DNA of 64,000 nucleotides, from NCBI GenBank assembly GCA_903929795.1, contig CAIYWC010000189.1, positions 72,474 to 136,473 of the forward strand, given 5' to 3'. Below the pieces are notes generated by a model. That model was not told where the DNA came from and ran no database searches. It saw nothing but the letters and a program-made list of their open reading frames with translations. The position numbers and the translations under genes were made by a program. The DNA comes from an uncultured Myxococcales bacterium. GTDB lineage: Bacteria > Myxococcota_A > UBA9042. Of the stretch, positions 35,221 to 45,607 are shown piece by piece (within the stretch, counting starts at the first letter, position 1; each line of letters begins with the position of its first letter).

Positions 35221-35259
35221 AAAAACGCCGACGCCGACGAAGTTTCCCTCGTCGGCGTC
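35221..35259 (-). terminator. Intrinsic terminator for the minus-strand metzincin gene (11-bp perfect stem GACGCCGACGA/TCGTCGGCGTC, 8-nt loop, then U5 on the minus-strand transcript)
   Basis: Stem 35230-35240/35249-35259. A5 at 35221-35225 on the plus strand reads as TTTTT on the minus strand. Lies 23 nt past the stop at 35282-35284. Confidence 0.5.
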
Positions 35260-35281
35260 AGCCAATCGCATCCGCTTGCGC

Positions 35282-38200
35282 TTACGGGTACAGGCCCTTG
35301 GACGCCGGCGTCAGATCCAGACCGTACGCGCTCACCGCCTCGCGGAGGTAGTACGGGATGGTCAGGTACTGCTGCAGCGTCATGCACGCGTGGTTGTCCG
35401 CGCACGTGCAACCGGAGTTGTTGGTCGCGTTGCAGTTCGGCGTACCGCCACCCGTCGTGACCGGCTGCATCGCCGCGTCATACTTGACCAGCGCCACGCC
35501 CGTCTTCGGGTCGGTCGCGGGCAGGTACCACTCCGGCGTGCCATCGCCATCCAGGTCCGGACCCGGCGTCGTCACATAGGCATCCTTGAGCAGGCTGTTG
35601 GCGTATTCAAGCACGCGCGCCGCGATGCCTTGCTGGACACTCTTGCCAAAGATCGTCTCTTTGCCAAAGTACCGGGCGACGTAAATCTTGCCATCCGCAG
35701 AGTGGAATTCCATGCGGTTGGTGCCGATGTTCGGATCCGCGTCCACGCCGAGCTCCCACAGCCGCATCTGGTCGAGCCAGTTCTGCTGCTGATTCTCCAT
35801 CAGGTAGAGCATGGTCCACGCAATGAAGAACTTCTGCTGCTCGTAGCCCTGCTGCGGGTCGATCACACCGACGGCCGTCGGCTGCACCGCGCCAAACGGC
35901 GTGGTGTTGTCCTGACCGTACGCGCGGCAAATGGTCGAACCAGCGCCCGGAAAGCAGGAGACCGGGGTCGCGCCATACCAGGAGGTGAAGCCGAGGCCCT
36001 TGGTCGGATACTGTTCCGCGTCCACTTCCGGATCGCCGCCAGCAGCCTTCAACGAGACGCGCGCGCCCTTGATGAAGTCGTCGCCCGTCAGCGTGTTGGC
36101 GATAAAGCGCCGGTAGCCTTCCGGGAACAGGTCGGCGATGGAGACGGAGCGATACCGCGCGTCCTCAAAGTCGCCCAGCGTCGAGCTGATGAAGTTGTCA
36201 ACCGACTCGGTCAGCAGCATCGAAGCGCCCGCCTTCTCGTAGTACGAACCGGCATTCAGGGTGTATTCGACGTTGTAATCCGGACCTTCGTTGGTCGCCA
36301 GCGCGTTCTCCACGGGCTTGCCGCCGAAGCTGACGGTCTCGAGCAGACCCGTCGCGCCGTTGGGCACGATCAGCTTGGTCGCCGGCGGCGTGTTCGAATT
36401 CGAGCCCGCCGTTGCGCGCAGGATCCCCGCCGTATCCGCATAGTGCGCACCGGCTTCTGGACGCGCCGCGATCATCGTGAAGTGATCGAACACCATCGAC
36501 GCACCGAGCACGGCATCCGGGAAGAAGTTCTGCGCCGCGTAATTCCACAGGTCGTCCGGGTTGAGGTTCTGGCTCAACGCGATGTCCCGGTAGATGTTGC
36601 GGTACAGACCCAGACCCTTGGCACCGTCGCGCATCTTCTCGTAGTAGCGCGTCAGCGAGCGGTTGTACGCGTTGCGGATCGCGAACGTCTTGCGGCCGCG
36701 GCGGTAGTTGTCAAAGATGTGGTTCACTTCCGGCTGCGTGATCATGAAGTTGAAGATCTCATAGTTATCCGCGCCGTTGTCGTGGCGGTAGACGCTGGCA
36801 TTGCCCAGATCCGCCCAGGTGTCCGTCGCGAAACCGTACGGCACGCGCGTGCGGCCGTCCTTGTCGATGTCCGGTCCGCCCTCGTAGTACTGCACGTTGG
36901 CGTCCTGCGTCGCGTTGGGCAGGGTCAGCTCCTGCCACTTGACGTAGTCGACGGGCTGCGCGCGGCAACGCGTGTAGCCGTTGTCGCCCTGCACAAGCAG
37001 ACCGTCCAGCAGCGGATTGAACTGACCGTCCCGCGTGTTGTCCCAGCGACCCGGCTTCCAGTTGATCGGGTCGCTGATCGCCGCGCAATTACCGATCAGC
37101 GCGTAATTCTTCTGGTATTCCGAATAGTGAATGTTGGTCGTCGCGCCCTTTGTCGCGCCGATGACCGGCTGCAGACCCAAGATACCGCCAAAGCCGTCCA
37201 TCTTGGAGAGCACGCCCGTGCCGCGCTTTTGGCCGACGTTATACGACGGGTCCTGGTAGACGGCGGAGGCGTCGCCGTAGAACATCGACGGCGCGTGGAA
37301 GTCGTACGCGCCCAAGCCGAGCAGGTCCTGCGTCGTCTCACCCGCGTAGTCCATCACCGACGACTGCATCCACATCCAAATCAGGTTGTCGCGCTCCGTC
37401 TTGGTGACCGGGTCAAAGTAGCGCGCGCCCACGCAGGTCTCGGCGTTGGCGACGGTCTGCAGGTTCGTGCACTTCTTGGTGACCGAACCGTCCTTGGTGC
37501 GGAGCTGCCAGTACTGCGGGCGGTAGTTGAACGCGTCCGCCGACGAGATGAAGTTGTGGCGCAGGCCGACCGAGTGACCCATTTCGTGAATCACGACGGC
37601 ATAGTGCACGCGACGGGCCAGGTAGAGGCGCATGGCCTCGGCGCGGGCCTGCTTGCGGGCGGTGAACGCCTCGTCGGTCATGTTCGGATCGGGCTTGGTC
37701 GTCTCGAAGCTGCCGAACTTGGCCTGCAGCACGTCGCCCAGACCGGCGATCGACAGCGGCGCATCGGCCATCTCCATTTCGCACGCGCCGCGCGACGCCA
37801 TCGCCAGCTCCTTGAGCTGCGTGAAGTTGCGCTGCACCGCCGGGTTGCCACCACGCAGCGGCGAGACCATGTCCATCAGCCCGGACGTCAGCTGCAGACC
37901 GGCGACGCCGAAGAACTGCTGCATCATCGGGGTCATCAGGTCCATCTCGAACTGCGTATTCGCCGCAGCCTGACGCCGCGCCATGTACGACGGCGAGTTG
38001 ACCGACGGCGCCCCCTGCTGCGCGGTCACGCCGGCGAGCTTGGCCGCAACGCCCGCCACCAGCGACGCCGCCTCCGGGTGCTGCTGCGCGAACTGCTGGG
38101 CGCGTTCCGGGTTGATCTGCACGCCGCTGGAACCCGTCCGCCGCGCGTACTGATCGGCGTTCACGCCGCCGGCCAGACCGCTGGTCGAAGCCGCTTCCGC

Positions 38201-40171
38201 CGCAGCCGCCCAGTTCTTGATGTACTTGCCTTCCGTGATGTCGGCAGCCTGCAGTTCGCCCGCGGCGTAGCGCGCCATGTCGACGGTGCCTTGGCTCCAC
38301 AGCTCGTTGATGTAGGTCCAGACGTTGATGCTGGCGGAGACTTTTTCGCCATTGGTCGGGTCCGAGCCATCGACCATGATGCCCCACGGCGACGGCGTGG
38401 CGGGTTCCACGATGCCGTTCACCTGGTGGTAGCGCAAGTCGCCGCGGCGCACGTGCGTCGCAGCGTTGCAGGTCGCGATGGTGGCCAGGTCGCCGGCGGT
38501 GTGGGCGTTGAAGCAAGCCTCGGCCGTCAAGGACGCGGGCAGGCGCTTGTCAGCCGGCGCGCAAATGGCGGGGTCGCCCGCTTCGACCGGGCTGTGGCAA
38601 AGTACAACCATTTCCGGCAGCTTGGCGATCGCGATCACGCCCGGCGCCAAGTTGCGCTTGGCGCTACCGCCAACGTCGTCAGCGATCGCGGTGCACGCGT
38701 TTTCGTCGCGGTTCTTGTCCTTGTACGCGAGGCCGTGGCGGCAGTCGTCGACTTCCTTGGCCAGCGCGATGGCGTCTTCGTTGTCGTCCTGCTGGCCAAA
38801 GTAGACCGGGAACTGCGCCAGGCACGTCGCCGGATCCGTGCCGGCGCTCTTGCATTCCGCGTACTTGGCTTCCTGGGCAGCGGCGCGCAAGGCGACGTCC
38901 CATTCATGCGTGGCGTCTTCGGTCGGCTGGAAGTAGTCGGGATTGCTGCCGTCCGCATAGTACCAAGCGATCGGCTTGGCCGTGCGCTTTTGGTACGGCA
39001 GGGTGCAGCGCTGGCGGAACGTGTCGCACTGCGAACCGCCGACGCCGGTCAGCTTGGTGACGCTGGCGCACTCGTCTTCCGTGCCGTCGCCGTCGGTGTC
39101 GCGGTGCGGATCTTCGCCGTACGGCGTGGTCGAGCCCGTGTAGCAGGTGACTTCGCCGGACATGGCGACCGGATCGGCGTAGTAGTGGCTGCGCTCCCAG
39201 ATGTTGTAGCGCTCCAGGAAGCGGTGCCACAGCTGGTCCGTCATGCCGTAGTCGCGCGAATAGCCGAGGCGATCAGTCGTGAAGCCGCCGGCCGAGGCGA
39301 AGCGAAAGCCGTCCCATTCCTTGGGCTCGTAGTCGCTGTCGACGACCTTGCGGAAGGAGTGGCGCAGCGTCAGCTCAACCGGATTGCACGTGGCGGCCGG
39401 CGCCTGGCCACCGGAGAAATCGGCGTCGAGAAAGCAGGACGGATACTCCTTGATGCCCCAACCCAGCGAAGACAGGTCGATCATGCCGGGCCGCGCGAAC
39501 GACTTGGTCGTGACGTCGAAGTACGTGCCATCGTCGGCGAAGTACGGCGCATCTTCCGAGCTTGGATCGACGATCTGGTAGGTCAGCGGTTCGTACGTGA
39601 TGCCACCGATGACGCCCATCATCGACAGCGTGTCGAAGTCATAGCTGTCTGTATTCAGGTTCTTGGACCAGTCGACGCGCATGTAGTCCCGCGCGTACCA
39701 CGGCCGATCGACGGTGTTCTCGCCGACGACGTTGTACTGCTCGCCCGTCGAGGCGTTGTAGTCGCGCTTGATGTCGAAGTGCGACTGAATGGCGAACGCG
39801 GCGACGATGACGCCGTCTTCGGTCGTCTTGCCCAAGCCCTTGCCGTCCGAGCTCACGATGCGCTCGTAGGAAAGGCGCGCAATCAGCAAGCTTTCGGTGA
39901 TCTGCCACTTGACGCGCGACAGCGGCTGCGCATAGGTCGACGTGAACAGGCCGTCTTGTGCCGCGCCGTATCCGACGTCAGTGACCGTCGTGCGGGCCCA
40001 GAATTCCGGATCGTCCGCCGTGCTGATGTAGTCAGCGCCGACAAAGAACGTCTTCTGCAGGGCATCCGGCTGGACGCGGTTGATCGGCGCACGTTCCTGG
40101 GCGCAACCGCTGACGATCGCAGCGATAAGCAAGCAGGGAAGAACGAGCGGGGTAAAACGACGGAGGTTCAT
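35282..40171 (-). CDS. Giant (1629 aa) secreted metzincin-type zinc metalloprotease lipoprotein
   Basis: ATG 40171: MNLRRFTPLVLPCLLIAAIVSGC|AQ lipobox. HEMGHSVGLRH (HExxHxxGxxH) and Met-turn SSVMDY about 40 aa downstream. DxDGDG Ca-loop-like motifs. The 102 aa upstream of this Met in the ORF were rejected. Confidence 0.85.
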   Translation of the reverse strand: MNLRRFTPLVLPCLLIAAIVSGCAQERAPINRVQPDALQKTFFVGADYISTADDPEFWARTTVTDVGYGAAQDGLFTSTYAQPLSRVKWQITESLLIARLSYERIVSSDGKGLGKTTEDGVIVAAFAIQSHFDIKRDYNASTGEQYNVVGENTVDRPWYARDYMRVDWSKNLNTDSYDFDTLSMMGVIGGITYEPLTYQIVDPSSEDAPYFADDGTYFDVTTKSFARPGMIDLSSLGWGIKEYPSCFLDADFSGGQAPAATCNPVELTLRHSFRKVVDSDYEPKEWDGFRFASAGGFTTDRLGYSRDYGMTDQLWHRFLERYNIWERSHYYADPVAMSGEVTCYTGSTTPYGEDPHRDTDGDGTEDECASVTKLTGVGGSQCDTFRQRCTLPYQKRTAKPIAWYYADGSNPDYFQPTEDATHEWDVALRAAAQEAKYAECKSAGTDPATCLAQFPVYFGQQDDNEDAIALAKEVDDCRHGLAYKDKNRDENACTAIADDVGGSAKRNLAPGVIAIAKLPEMVVLCHSPVEAGDPAICAPADKRLPASLTAEACFNAHTAGDLATIATCNAATHVRRGDLRYHQVNGIVEPATPSPWGIMVDGSDPTNGEKVSASINVWTYINELWSQGTVDMARYAAGELQAADITEGKYIKNWAAAAEAASTSGLAGGVNADQYARRTGSSGVQINPERAQQFAQQHPEAASLVAGVAAKLAGVTAQQGAPSVNSPSYMARRQAAANTQFEMDLMTPMMQQFFGVAGLQLTSGLMDMVSPLRGGNPAVQRNFTQLKELAMASRGACEMEMADAPLSIAGLGDVLQAKFGSFETTKPDPNMTDEAFTARKQARAEAMRLYLARRVHYAVVIHEMGHSVGLRHNFISSADAFNYRPQYWQLRTKDGSVTKKCTNLQTVANAETCVGARYFDPVTKTERDNLIWMWMQSSVMDYAGETTQDLLGLGAYDFHAPSMFYGDASAVYQDPSYNVGQKRGTGVLSKMDGFGGILGLQPVIGATKGATTNIHYSEYQKNYALIGNCAAISDPINWKPGRWDNTRDGQFNPLLDGLLVQGDNGYTRCRAQPVDYVKWQELTLPNATQDANVQYYEGGPDIDKDGRTRVPYGFATDTWADLGNASVYRHDNGADNYEIFNFMITQPEVNHIFDNYRRGRKTFAIRNAYNRSLTRYYEKMRDGAKGLGLYRNIYRDIALSQNLNPDDLWNYAAQNFFPDAVLGASMVFDHFTMIAARPEAGAHYADTAGILRATAGSNSNTPPATKLIVPNGATGLLETVSFGGKPVENALATNEGPDYNVEYTLNAGSYYEKAGASMLLTESVDNFISSTLGDFEDARYRSVSIADLFPEGYRRFIANTLTGDDFIKGARVSLKAAGGDPEVDAEQYPTKGLGFTSWYGATPVSCFPGAGSTICRAYGQDNTTPFGAVQPTAVGVIDPQQGYEQQKFFIAWTMLYLMENQQQNWLDQMRLWELGVDADPNIGTNRMEFHSADGKIYVARYFGKETIFGKSVQQGIAARVLEYANSLLKDAYVTTPGPDLDGDGTPEWYLPATDPKTGVALVKYDAAMQPVTTGGGTPNCNATNNSGCTCADNHACMTLQQYLTIPYYLREAVSAYGLDLTPASKGLYP

Positions 40172-40277
40172 GGCATTCCTCTGGGTGAACAATCGGGCGG
40201 TCAACATCAAGGGGGCGGACGTCAAGTGAGCGGTCCGTCTGAGCATTTCAAACAACACGAGCATTTCGAACAAGAAA

Positions 40278-41564
40278 CTAATGGGGCAGACCATCCAGCG
40301 CGAGCGACAGTTCCAAATAGGCCGTCGTGTAGCGGTTGATCCCGGGGGTTTCATAGGTGGAGTCCAGCTTGAGCTGCGCGTTGTACGTCTCCAGCCCGAT
40401 GCCGGCGCCGAGCCAGGCGAAGACCGCGTAGTCGATGCCCGCGCCCCAATACATGATGGCGCGGAAATTCTGGTCATCGCCCGGCGTCAGCTGCACCGGC
40501 GCGCCGCCCGTCACCGAGATGGTCGTCGCGGCGAGTGAGGGCAGCCAATCCATGATTTCGCCGCCGGAAATCGAGGCGCTCAGCTTTTCCGTAAACGAGT
40601 AGCTCAGCGAGCCGATGGCGAGAATGCGGTTCTGTGCGGAGCGCACGCCGGTCGTTTGCAGCGAAGGGTCGCAACCGAACGCGTCGCCCGTGCAAGTGGT
40701 GATCGGCTGCGCATTGAACTGCCCTTCCGTGGACTTGTAGAAGCTGTGCTGAAAGCGGGACGTCAGGCTGACCGTCAAGTCGCGCCACGAGAAACGGCCG
40801 CTCAGGCCAATACCGGGCGCCATGTACAGCTGCTTGGCCTGCGAGGCCTTGGACGTCGGCAGGCCAACGATACCCTGCAGCGTCAGGCTGAAACCCGTCG
40901 GCGGCCTCTCGGTCTTTTCGACCTTCAAGATGCCGGCCGCTGTATTCAGCACGGTCCAGCCGAAGCTCACCATGGTGTCCGAGAGTTGCGGCTCGCGGTA
41001 ATAGGTCGTGTTGCCGGTGTTGGTCAGCTCCACCGTGGAGTACTGCCACAGCCCGATGCTCATCGTGTCGTTGAGCATGTAGCGCGGCGCGATCATCAGG
41101 CCCAAGCCCTCGTAAGGCGCGTAGGTCTGCTCGTAGTCGGGCACAAAAAGCGTGGTGCTCGTCAGGTTGCGAAAGGCGATAATTCCGCGCCAAGGCCATG
41201 CTTTCTTGTCGGTCGCTGCGGCTTGAGCGGTAGCGACGGGCAGCGTCGTGGTCGTGCCAGCGTCGGTTGTCGGCGTCGCAGCTTGAGCGGGCGCGAGCGC
41301 AGCAGGAGCCGCCAAGCTCGCGGGGACAGCGTTCGTGTCGGGTGCGGGTGGTTGGGCTGCCGGTGGCTGCGCCGGAGGTGCGGGCGTGTCGGCGAGGGGC
41401 GTCGGCGCGGGCGGAGCAGATGCTTCCGGCACTTCTTGGGCATCTGCGGCGCGGGCGCTTGCAAGCGACAGTGCGAACATGCCGGCGAGCACGCAGGCGA
41501 GCGCAGCAGCAGACGCCGGGACGAACTGGGCGCGCAAACGAAGCAAAGCGGCAAACCTGAACAT
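40278..41564 (-). CDS. Hypothetical secreted beta-rich protein (possible outer-membrane beta-barrel) with a Pro/Ala-rich linker
   Basis: ATG 41564 with GGGAG upstream. Signal peptide MFRFAALLRLRAQFVPASAAALACVLAGMFALSLASARA|ADA. Alternating hydrophobic beta-strand pattern in the C-terminal 300 aa. Confidence 0.6.
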   Translation of the reverse strand: MFRFAALLRLRAQFVPASAAALACVLAGMFALSLASARAADAQEVPEASAPPAPTPLADTPAPPAQPPAAQPPAPDTNAVPASLAAPAALAPAQAATPTTDAGTTTTLPVATAQAAATDKKAWPWRGIIAFRNLTSTTLFVPDYEQTYAPYEGLGLMIAPRYMLNDTMSIGLWQYSTVELTNTGNTTYYREPQLSDTMVSFGWTVLNTAAGILKVEKTERPPTGFSLTLQGIVGLPTSKASQAKQLYMAPGIGLSGRFSWRDLTVSLTSRFQHSFYKSTEGQFNAQPITTCTGDAFGCDPSLQTTGVRSAQNRILAIGSLSYSFTEKLSASISGGEIMDWLPSLAATTISVTGGAPVQLTPGDDQNFRAIMYWGAGIDYAVFAWLGAGIGLETYNAQLKLDSTYETPGINRYTTAYLELSLALDGLPH

Positions 41565-41725
41565 GGACTCCCGAAACCTTCGATCGACCGCGCGAGAGCC
41601 GACGACACCGAAACTTGCCACAACAGCACACCACCCGGAGCCCTGCGCTTCGGAGCCGCCGAATGTAGCACGCTCAGAAACGGCCGTGCAAGCCTTCTGT
41701 TTCGGAGACGTTAAGGCTTGGTAAA

Positions 41726-44233
41726 TTACCCGAGCCACGCGAGCCCATCCACCCCAGCGTGCGCCGCGAGCGTCAGCGTTTCGCCGTTCGCGCCTTCAGC
41801 GCCTTGCAGCGTCAATGTCACCTGCCACACGCCGGGGGACGGCGCGTGCAACGCACAGGCGTCGGCGAGGCGGCTCCGGTGGTCAAAAACCAGCGTACCG
41901 TCGATTTCTACAGCCTGTTTCCAGGCCACCAGGCGCTCCGCGGTCCACGCAATCCCTTCGGCATCGGGCTGTAGCATCGCCGCGGCGTCGTCCAGCGCGC
42001 CCGCCGCGATCGCCTGCAGCAGCGCCAGCGCTTCGACCCGCGCACGCGCCTTGAGTGCCTTGTCCGCGGCGCGTGGATCCACTGGCATATCGGGAACTTC
42101 ACTCACAACGTCTACGCCCGTTCGCAGCCGCTGCCATTCATCCAACAGGGACCGGTCCACGCGCGCGAGCACCGCCCGCAGCCACGCCACCAGCTCCAGC
42201 AGCGGGTCGCTTTGCAGATCCCCCGGTACGTTTTGCACAAGCACCTTGTAGACCTGCATCAGGTAGCGCAGCAGCACGCCCTCCACCGTTTGCAGGCCCA
42301 GTTCGCGCACGTATTCGTCAAAGGTACACCAAGCCTCCGCCATCTCGCGCACCACGCCCTTGGGCCGGATTGCGGTGTGCGCGACCCAGGGGTGATGTTC
42401 GCTAAACTTCTCAAAATTCGCATAGATCCAGTCCGCCAGCGGCTTGGGCCAGGTCACGGCGTCGACCAACTCCTTGCGCTCTTCATACGGCACCCCGTCG
42501 TTTTTCAGCTCCGCCAGCAGCTGCTGCTTTTCGCGTTGAGCTTGGGCTTTGAGGACTTGCGACGGGTTGTCGAGGATCGCCTCGCACAGCGCCAGGATCT
42601 CCAGCGGGTCCGTCGGCCGGCCCTCCGCAGTCGTCTGCGCGTCCAGATCGTCCAGCGCCTGCACCAGCCAGAGCGACAGCGCGTGGTGCAGCGAGAAATC
42701 GCGCTGCAGCCCGACGGCCAGCCGCGCGATCCGGCCGCGCTTGTGGTCCGGGCGCGCCACCAGGTCCACGATGCCGTGCCGCCAGAGCGCCCGGAACAGC
42801 CGCGCAAGATCGCGCTGATGCTGGAGTTTTTGCGCCGGGCGCTCGTGACTGTGGCGGATCAGCGCCACGACGTCGCGCAGGCCGCCCTGGCCCAGCTCGT
42901 CTTCCGATCGCGGCAGCATCGCCAGGATCAACCCTTCGTCAACGCGAAAGATCGACGTCAGCGCCTCGGGTTTGCCACTTTGCAGCCGCTCGAAGCTTTC
43001 GGCGTTCCACGGCACGTAGCCAAATTCCGGCGGTTTGGCCTTCACGAACGGCTTGGAGCGGCCGTGCTGGTCGATTTTCGCCTCCATCCGCCGGTTGTAA
43101 ATCACGTGTTCCGGCGCCTGTGCGACCACCCAGCCGACGTCGTCAAAGCCCTTGCGACCGGCGCGACCGGCGAGCTGGTGGAACTCGCGCACGCTCCAAA
43201 GTCGCGTATTTTCGCCGTCATAGCGACACAGCTTGGTGAACACGACGGTTTTGATCGGCAAGTTGATGCCCACGCCCAGCGTGTCCGTCCCGCAAATCAC
43301 CGGCAACAGCCCCTGCTGTGCCAGTTTTTCGCACAGCAGCCGGTAGCGCGGCAGCAAGCCGGCGTGGTGCAGGCCGATACCGTGCCGCAGCAAGCGCTGG
43401 ACGTCCTTGCCGTACGGGCTGGGAAAGCGTTGACCTTCCAAGACTTGGGCGATCCGCCGCTTCTGGTCCTTGCTGCACAGCTCCATCGACGCCAGGGCAC
43501 CGGCCGCCTCGCCCGCCTCGCGCTGGCTCGCGTGAACCAGGTACACCGGCGCGCGCCCGGATTTCAGCAAATCGTCCAGCGTCTCCGTGATCGGCGTCTC
43601 GCGGTACTCAAACTGCAACGGCACCGGCCGCTCGGTGGCGCTGACCAGCTTCACGGCGCGTCCGGTCAGCGCCACCAGTGCGTCAGCGATGCCGGTCGTG
43701 TCGCCCAACGTCGCGGAAATCAGCAGGAATCGCGCGTGTGGCAGGGTCAGCAGCGGCGTCTGCCAGGCCATCCCGCGGTCCTTGTCCGCGTAGTAGTGGA
43801 ACTCGTCCATGGCGATATCAGCGTTTTGAATGGATTTTTCACCGCGGAGCGCGAGCTGCGCCAGGACCTCCGCGGTGCAGCACAGCACCGGCGCGTCCGT
43901 GTGCACCGAGGCATCGCCCGTCGCCAGGCCCACGCGGTCTGCGCCCAGCCGCTCGCACAGCGCAAAGAACTTTTCGCTGACCAACGCCTTGATCGGACTG
44001 GTGTAAACCGACCGCCGGCCGGCCGCCAGCGCCAGCACGTGCAGCCCTTCTGCCACCAGCGACTTGCCCGAGCCCGTCGGCGTCGCCAGGATGACGTGGT
44101 GGCCCGCGGCCAGCTCCAGCAGCGCCTCTTCCTGCGCCGGATAGAGCCGCCGGCCGTCCGCCGTCACCGCATCGACAAACGCCAGAACCGCGTCGTCCGG
44201 CGCCATGGCATCCTGCAAGAATTCCAGCGCCAT
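41726..44233 (-). CDS. DEAD/DEAH-box (Ski2-like) helicase with a C-terminal DUF3516-like extension
   Basis: Motif I TPTGSGKS, motif II DEFH, motif III SAT and motif VI QLAGRAGRKG. Confidence 0.85.
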   Translation of the reverse strand: MALEFLQDAMAPDDAVLAFVDAVTADGRRLYPAQEEALLELAAGHHVILATPTGSGKSLVAEGLHVLALAAGRRSVYTSPIKALVSEKFFALCERLGADRVGLATGDASVHTDAPVLCCTAEVLAQLALRGEKSIQNADIAMDEFHYYADKDRGMAWQTPLLTLPHARFLLISATLGDTTGIADALVALTGRAVKLVSATERPVPLQFEYRETPITETLDDLLKSGRAPVYLVHASQREAGEAAGALASMELCSKDQKRRIAQVLEGQRFPSPYGKDVQRLLRHGIGLHHAGLLPRYRLLCEKLAQQGLLPVICGTDTLGVGINLPIKTVVFTKLCRYDGENTRLWSVREFHQLAGRAGRKGFDDVGWVVAQAPEHVIYNRRMEAKIDQHGRSKPFVKAKPPEFGYVPWNAESFERLQSGKPEALTSIFRVDEGLILAMLPRSEDELGQGGLRDVVALIRHSHERPAQKLQHQRDLARLFRALWRHGIVDLVARPDHKRGRIARLAVGLQRDFSLHHALSLWLVQALDDLDAQTTAEGRPTDPLEILALCEAILDNPSQVLKAQAQREKQQLLAELKNDGVPYEERKELVDAVTWPKPLADWIYANFEKFSEHHPWVAHTAIRPKGVVREMAEAWCTFDEYVRELGLQTVEGVLLRYLMQVYKVLVQNVPGDLQSDPLLELVAWLRAVLARVDRSLLDEWQRLRTGVDVVSEVPDMPVDPRAADKALKARARVEALALLQAIAAGALDDAAAMLQPDAEGIAWTAERLVAWKQAVEIDGTLVFDHRSRLADACALHAPSPGVWQVTLTLQGAEGANGETLTLAAHAGVDGLAWLG

Positions 44234-44248
44234 GTGCGACTCCTGTGG

Positions 44249-45607
44249 TCAATCCGCCGTGTGCGGCAAGGTCACGATGAACTGCGCGCCGCGGCCCGGT
44301 TCGCTCACGACCCGCACGTGACCCCCGTGACGCTGCACGACATCGCGGACAATCGCCAGCCCCAAGCCGCTGCCAACGCCGCGTTTGTCCGGCCGGTGGA
44401 ACGGCTCAAAGATCGCCTCAGCCTGTTCCGGCGGCACGCCCGGGCCATCGTCCGCCACCCGCAGCGACCAGGAATGCGCGAGTTGAATCACTTGAATTTC
44501 AATATGTTGGTCAGCAAACCGGACCGCGTTGGCCAGCAAATTGTCCACGACCTGCCGCAGCGCCGCGCCGTCCACCGCCGCCTCCAGGACGGACGGGCCG
44601 CCGATCGCAATCTGCACGCCTCGCTCCGCCGCCGTCGCCGCGACCGTTTCGCGTGCCTCGCGCACGATCGCCACGATATCCTGACGCGCAACCAGCCATT
44701 TGGCCTGACGAATCGCCGCGAGATCCAATAGCCGACTCGCCAGATCCGCCAGGCGGTCCACCTCCCCGCGCGTCCGCTCGAGGGTCTCGCGCAGCTCCGC
44801 TGACGTGCGATCGCGCCGCAGGGTCACGTCGATGTCGGTCCGCATCGCGGCCAGCGGCGTGCGCAATTCGTGCGCGGCATCGGCAAAGAGCCGCTCCTTC
44901 TCGTCGCGCGCCGTCCGCAGTCGGTCAGTCGCCTCGGCGATCGCATCGCGCAGCTCGGTCAGCACGTCGTTCTGGTCGTCCGGCTCCGGGGCGCTCTTGA
45001 GGTCGCCCGCGTGCAAGCGCTGCATGTGGGCGTACAGGCGCATCACGCGGCCGTGGAGCGCGCGCGCGTGGCGCAGTTGCAGCGCGAACAGACCGAGCGC
45101 GACCAGCAGCGCCGTCAGGCTCGCGACCCTCAGATAGGCCAGCACTGTCTGGCGGTTGTGTGCCAGGGACGCCGCCAGTCGCAGCACGTGGGGCCGACCA
45201 TCCGGCGCGCGCACGGCGATCAGCAGCTCGCGGACGGGCTTGTCGCGATCGCGCGCGGTCTGCAGGTGCGGCTCAGCGTCCGGCGCCACCCACTGCAGCG
45301 TCGGCGGCACGACGGCATCGGCGGGCTCGTGCGCCAGCAGCCGACCGTCGGGACCGTACAGCGCGCCGGTCGCCGAGGTCAGCCGCACCGACTCCGGCAG
45401 CGGCGAGCGGTCGAGGTGCAGGTGCGGCGCGTGGTCCATGCGGTCAAACAGGCTCACCGACTCCACCGCGGCCTGCGCCAGCAGCGCGTGATCGACGCTG
45501 ACCTGCAGCTCGCGGTCCAGCAGGACGCCGACGAGCCCAAACGCCGCAACCAGCAGCAGCGAAGGCACCAGCGCGCCGTACAGCCACAGCCGCGTCGACA
45601 GCTTCAC
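44249..45607 (-). CDS. Two-component sensor histidine kinase (CusS/CzcS-like, periplasmic sensor domain)
   Basis: Two TM segments flank a ~150-aa periplasmic domain. H-box AAHELRTPLAAM. ATPase G-boxes. Confidence 0.85.
   Translation of the reverse strand: MKLSTRLWLYGALVPSLLLVAAFGLVGVLLDRELQVSVDHALLAQAAVESVSLFDRMDHAPHLHLDRSPLPESVRLTSATGALYGPDGRLLAHEPADAVVPPTLQWVAPDAEPHLQTARDRDKPVRELLIAVRAPDGRPHVLRLAASLAHNRQTVLAYLRVASLTALLVALGLFALQLRHARALHGRVMRLYAHMQRLHAGDLKSAPEPDDQNDVLTELRDAIAEATDRLRTARDEKERLFADAAHELRTPLAAMRTDIDVTLRRDRTSAELRETLERTRGEVDRLADLASRLLDLAAIRQAKWLVARQDIVAIVREARETVAATAAERGVQIAIGGPSVLEAAVDGAALRQVVDNLLANAVRFADQHIEIQVIQLAHSWSLRVADDGPGVPPEQAEAIFEPFHRPDKRGVGSGLGLAIVRDVVQRHGGHVRVVSEPGRGAQFIVTLPHTAD

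Noticed and set aside
35276-40339. 1687-aa plus-strand ORF
   Set aside because: Exact antisense of the metzincin gene. The minus strand carries a lipoprotein signal, HExxHxxGxxH and a terminator, and the plus-strand product is Arg/Val/Ala low-complexity.
42212-44731. 839-aa plus-strand ORF
   Set aside because: Antisense to the helicase and kinase genes.
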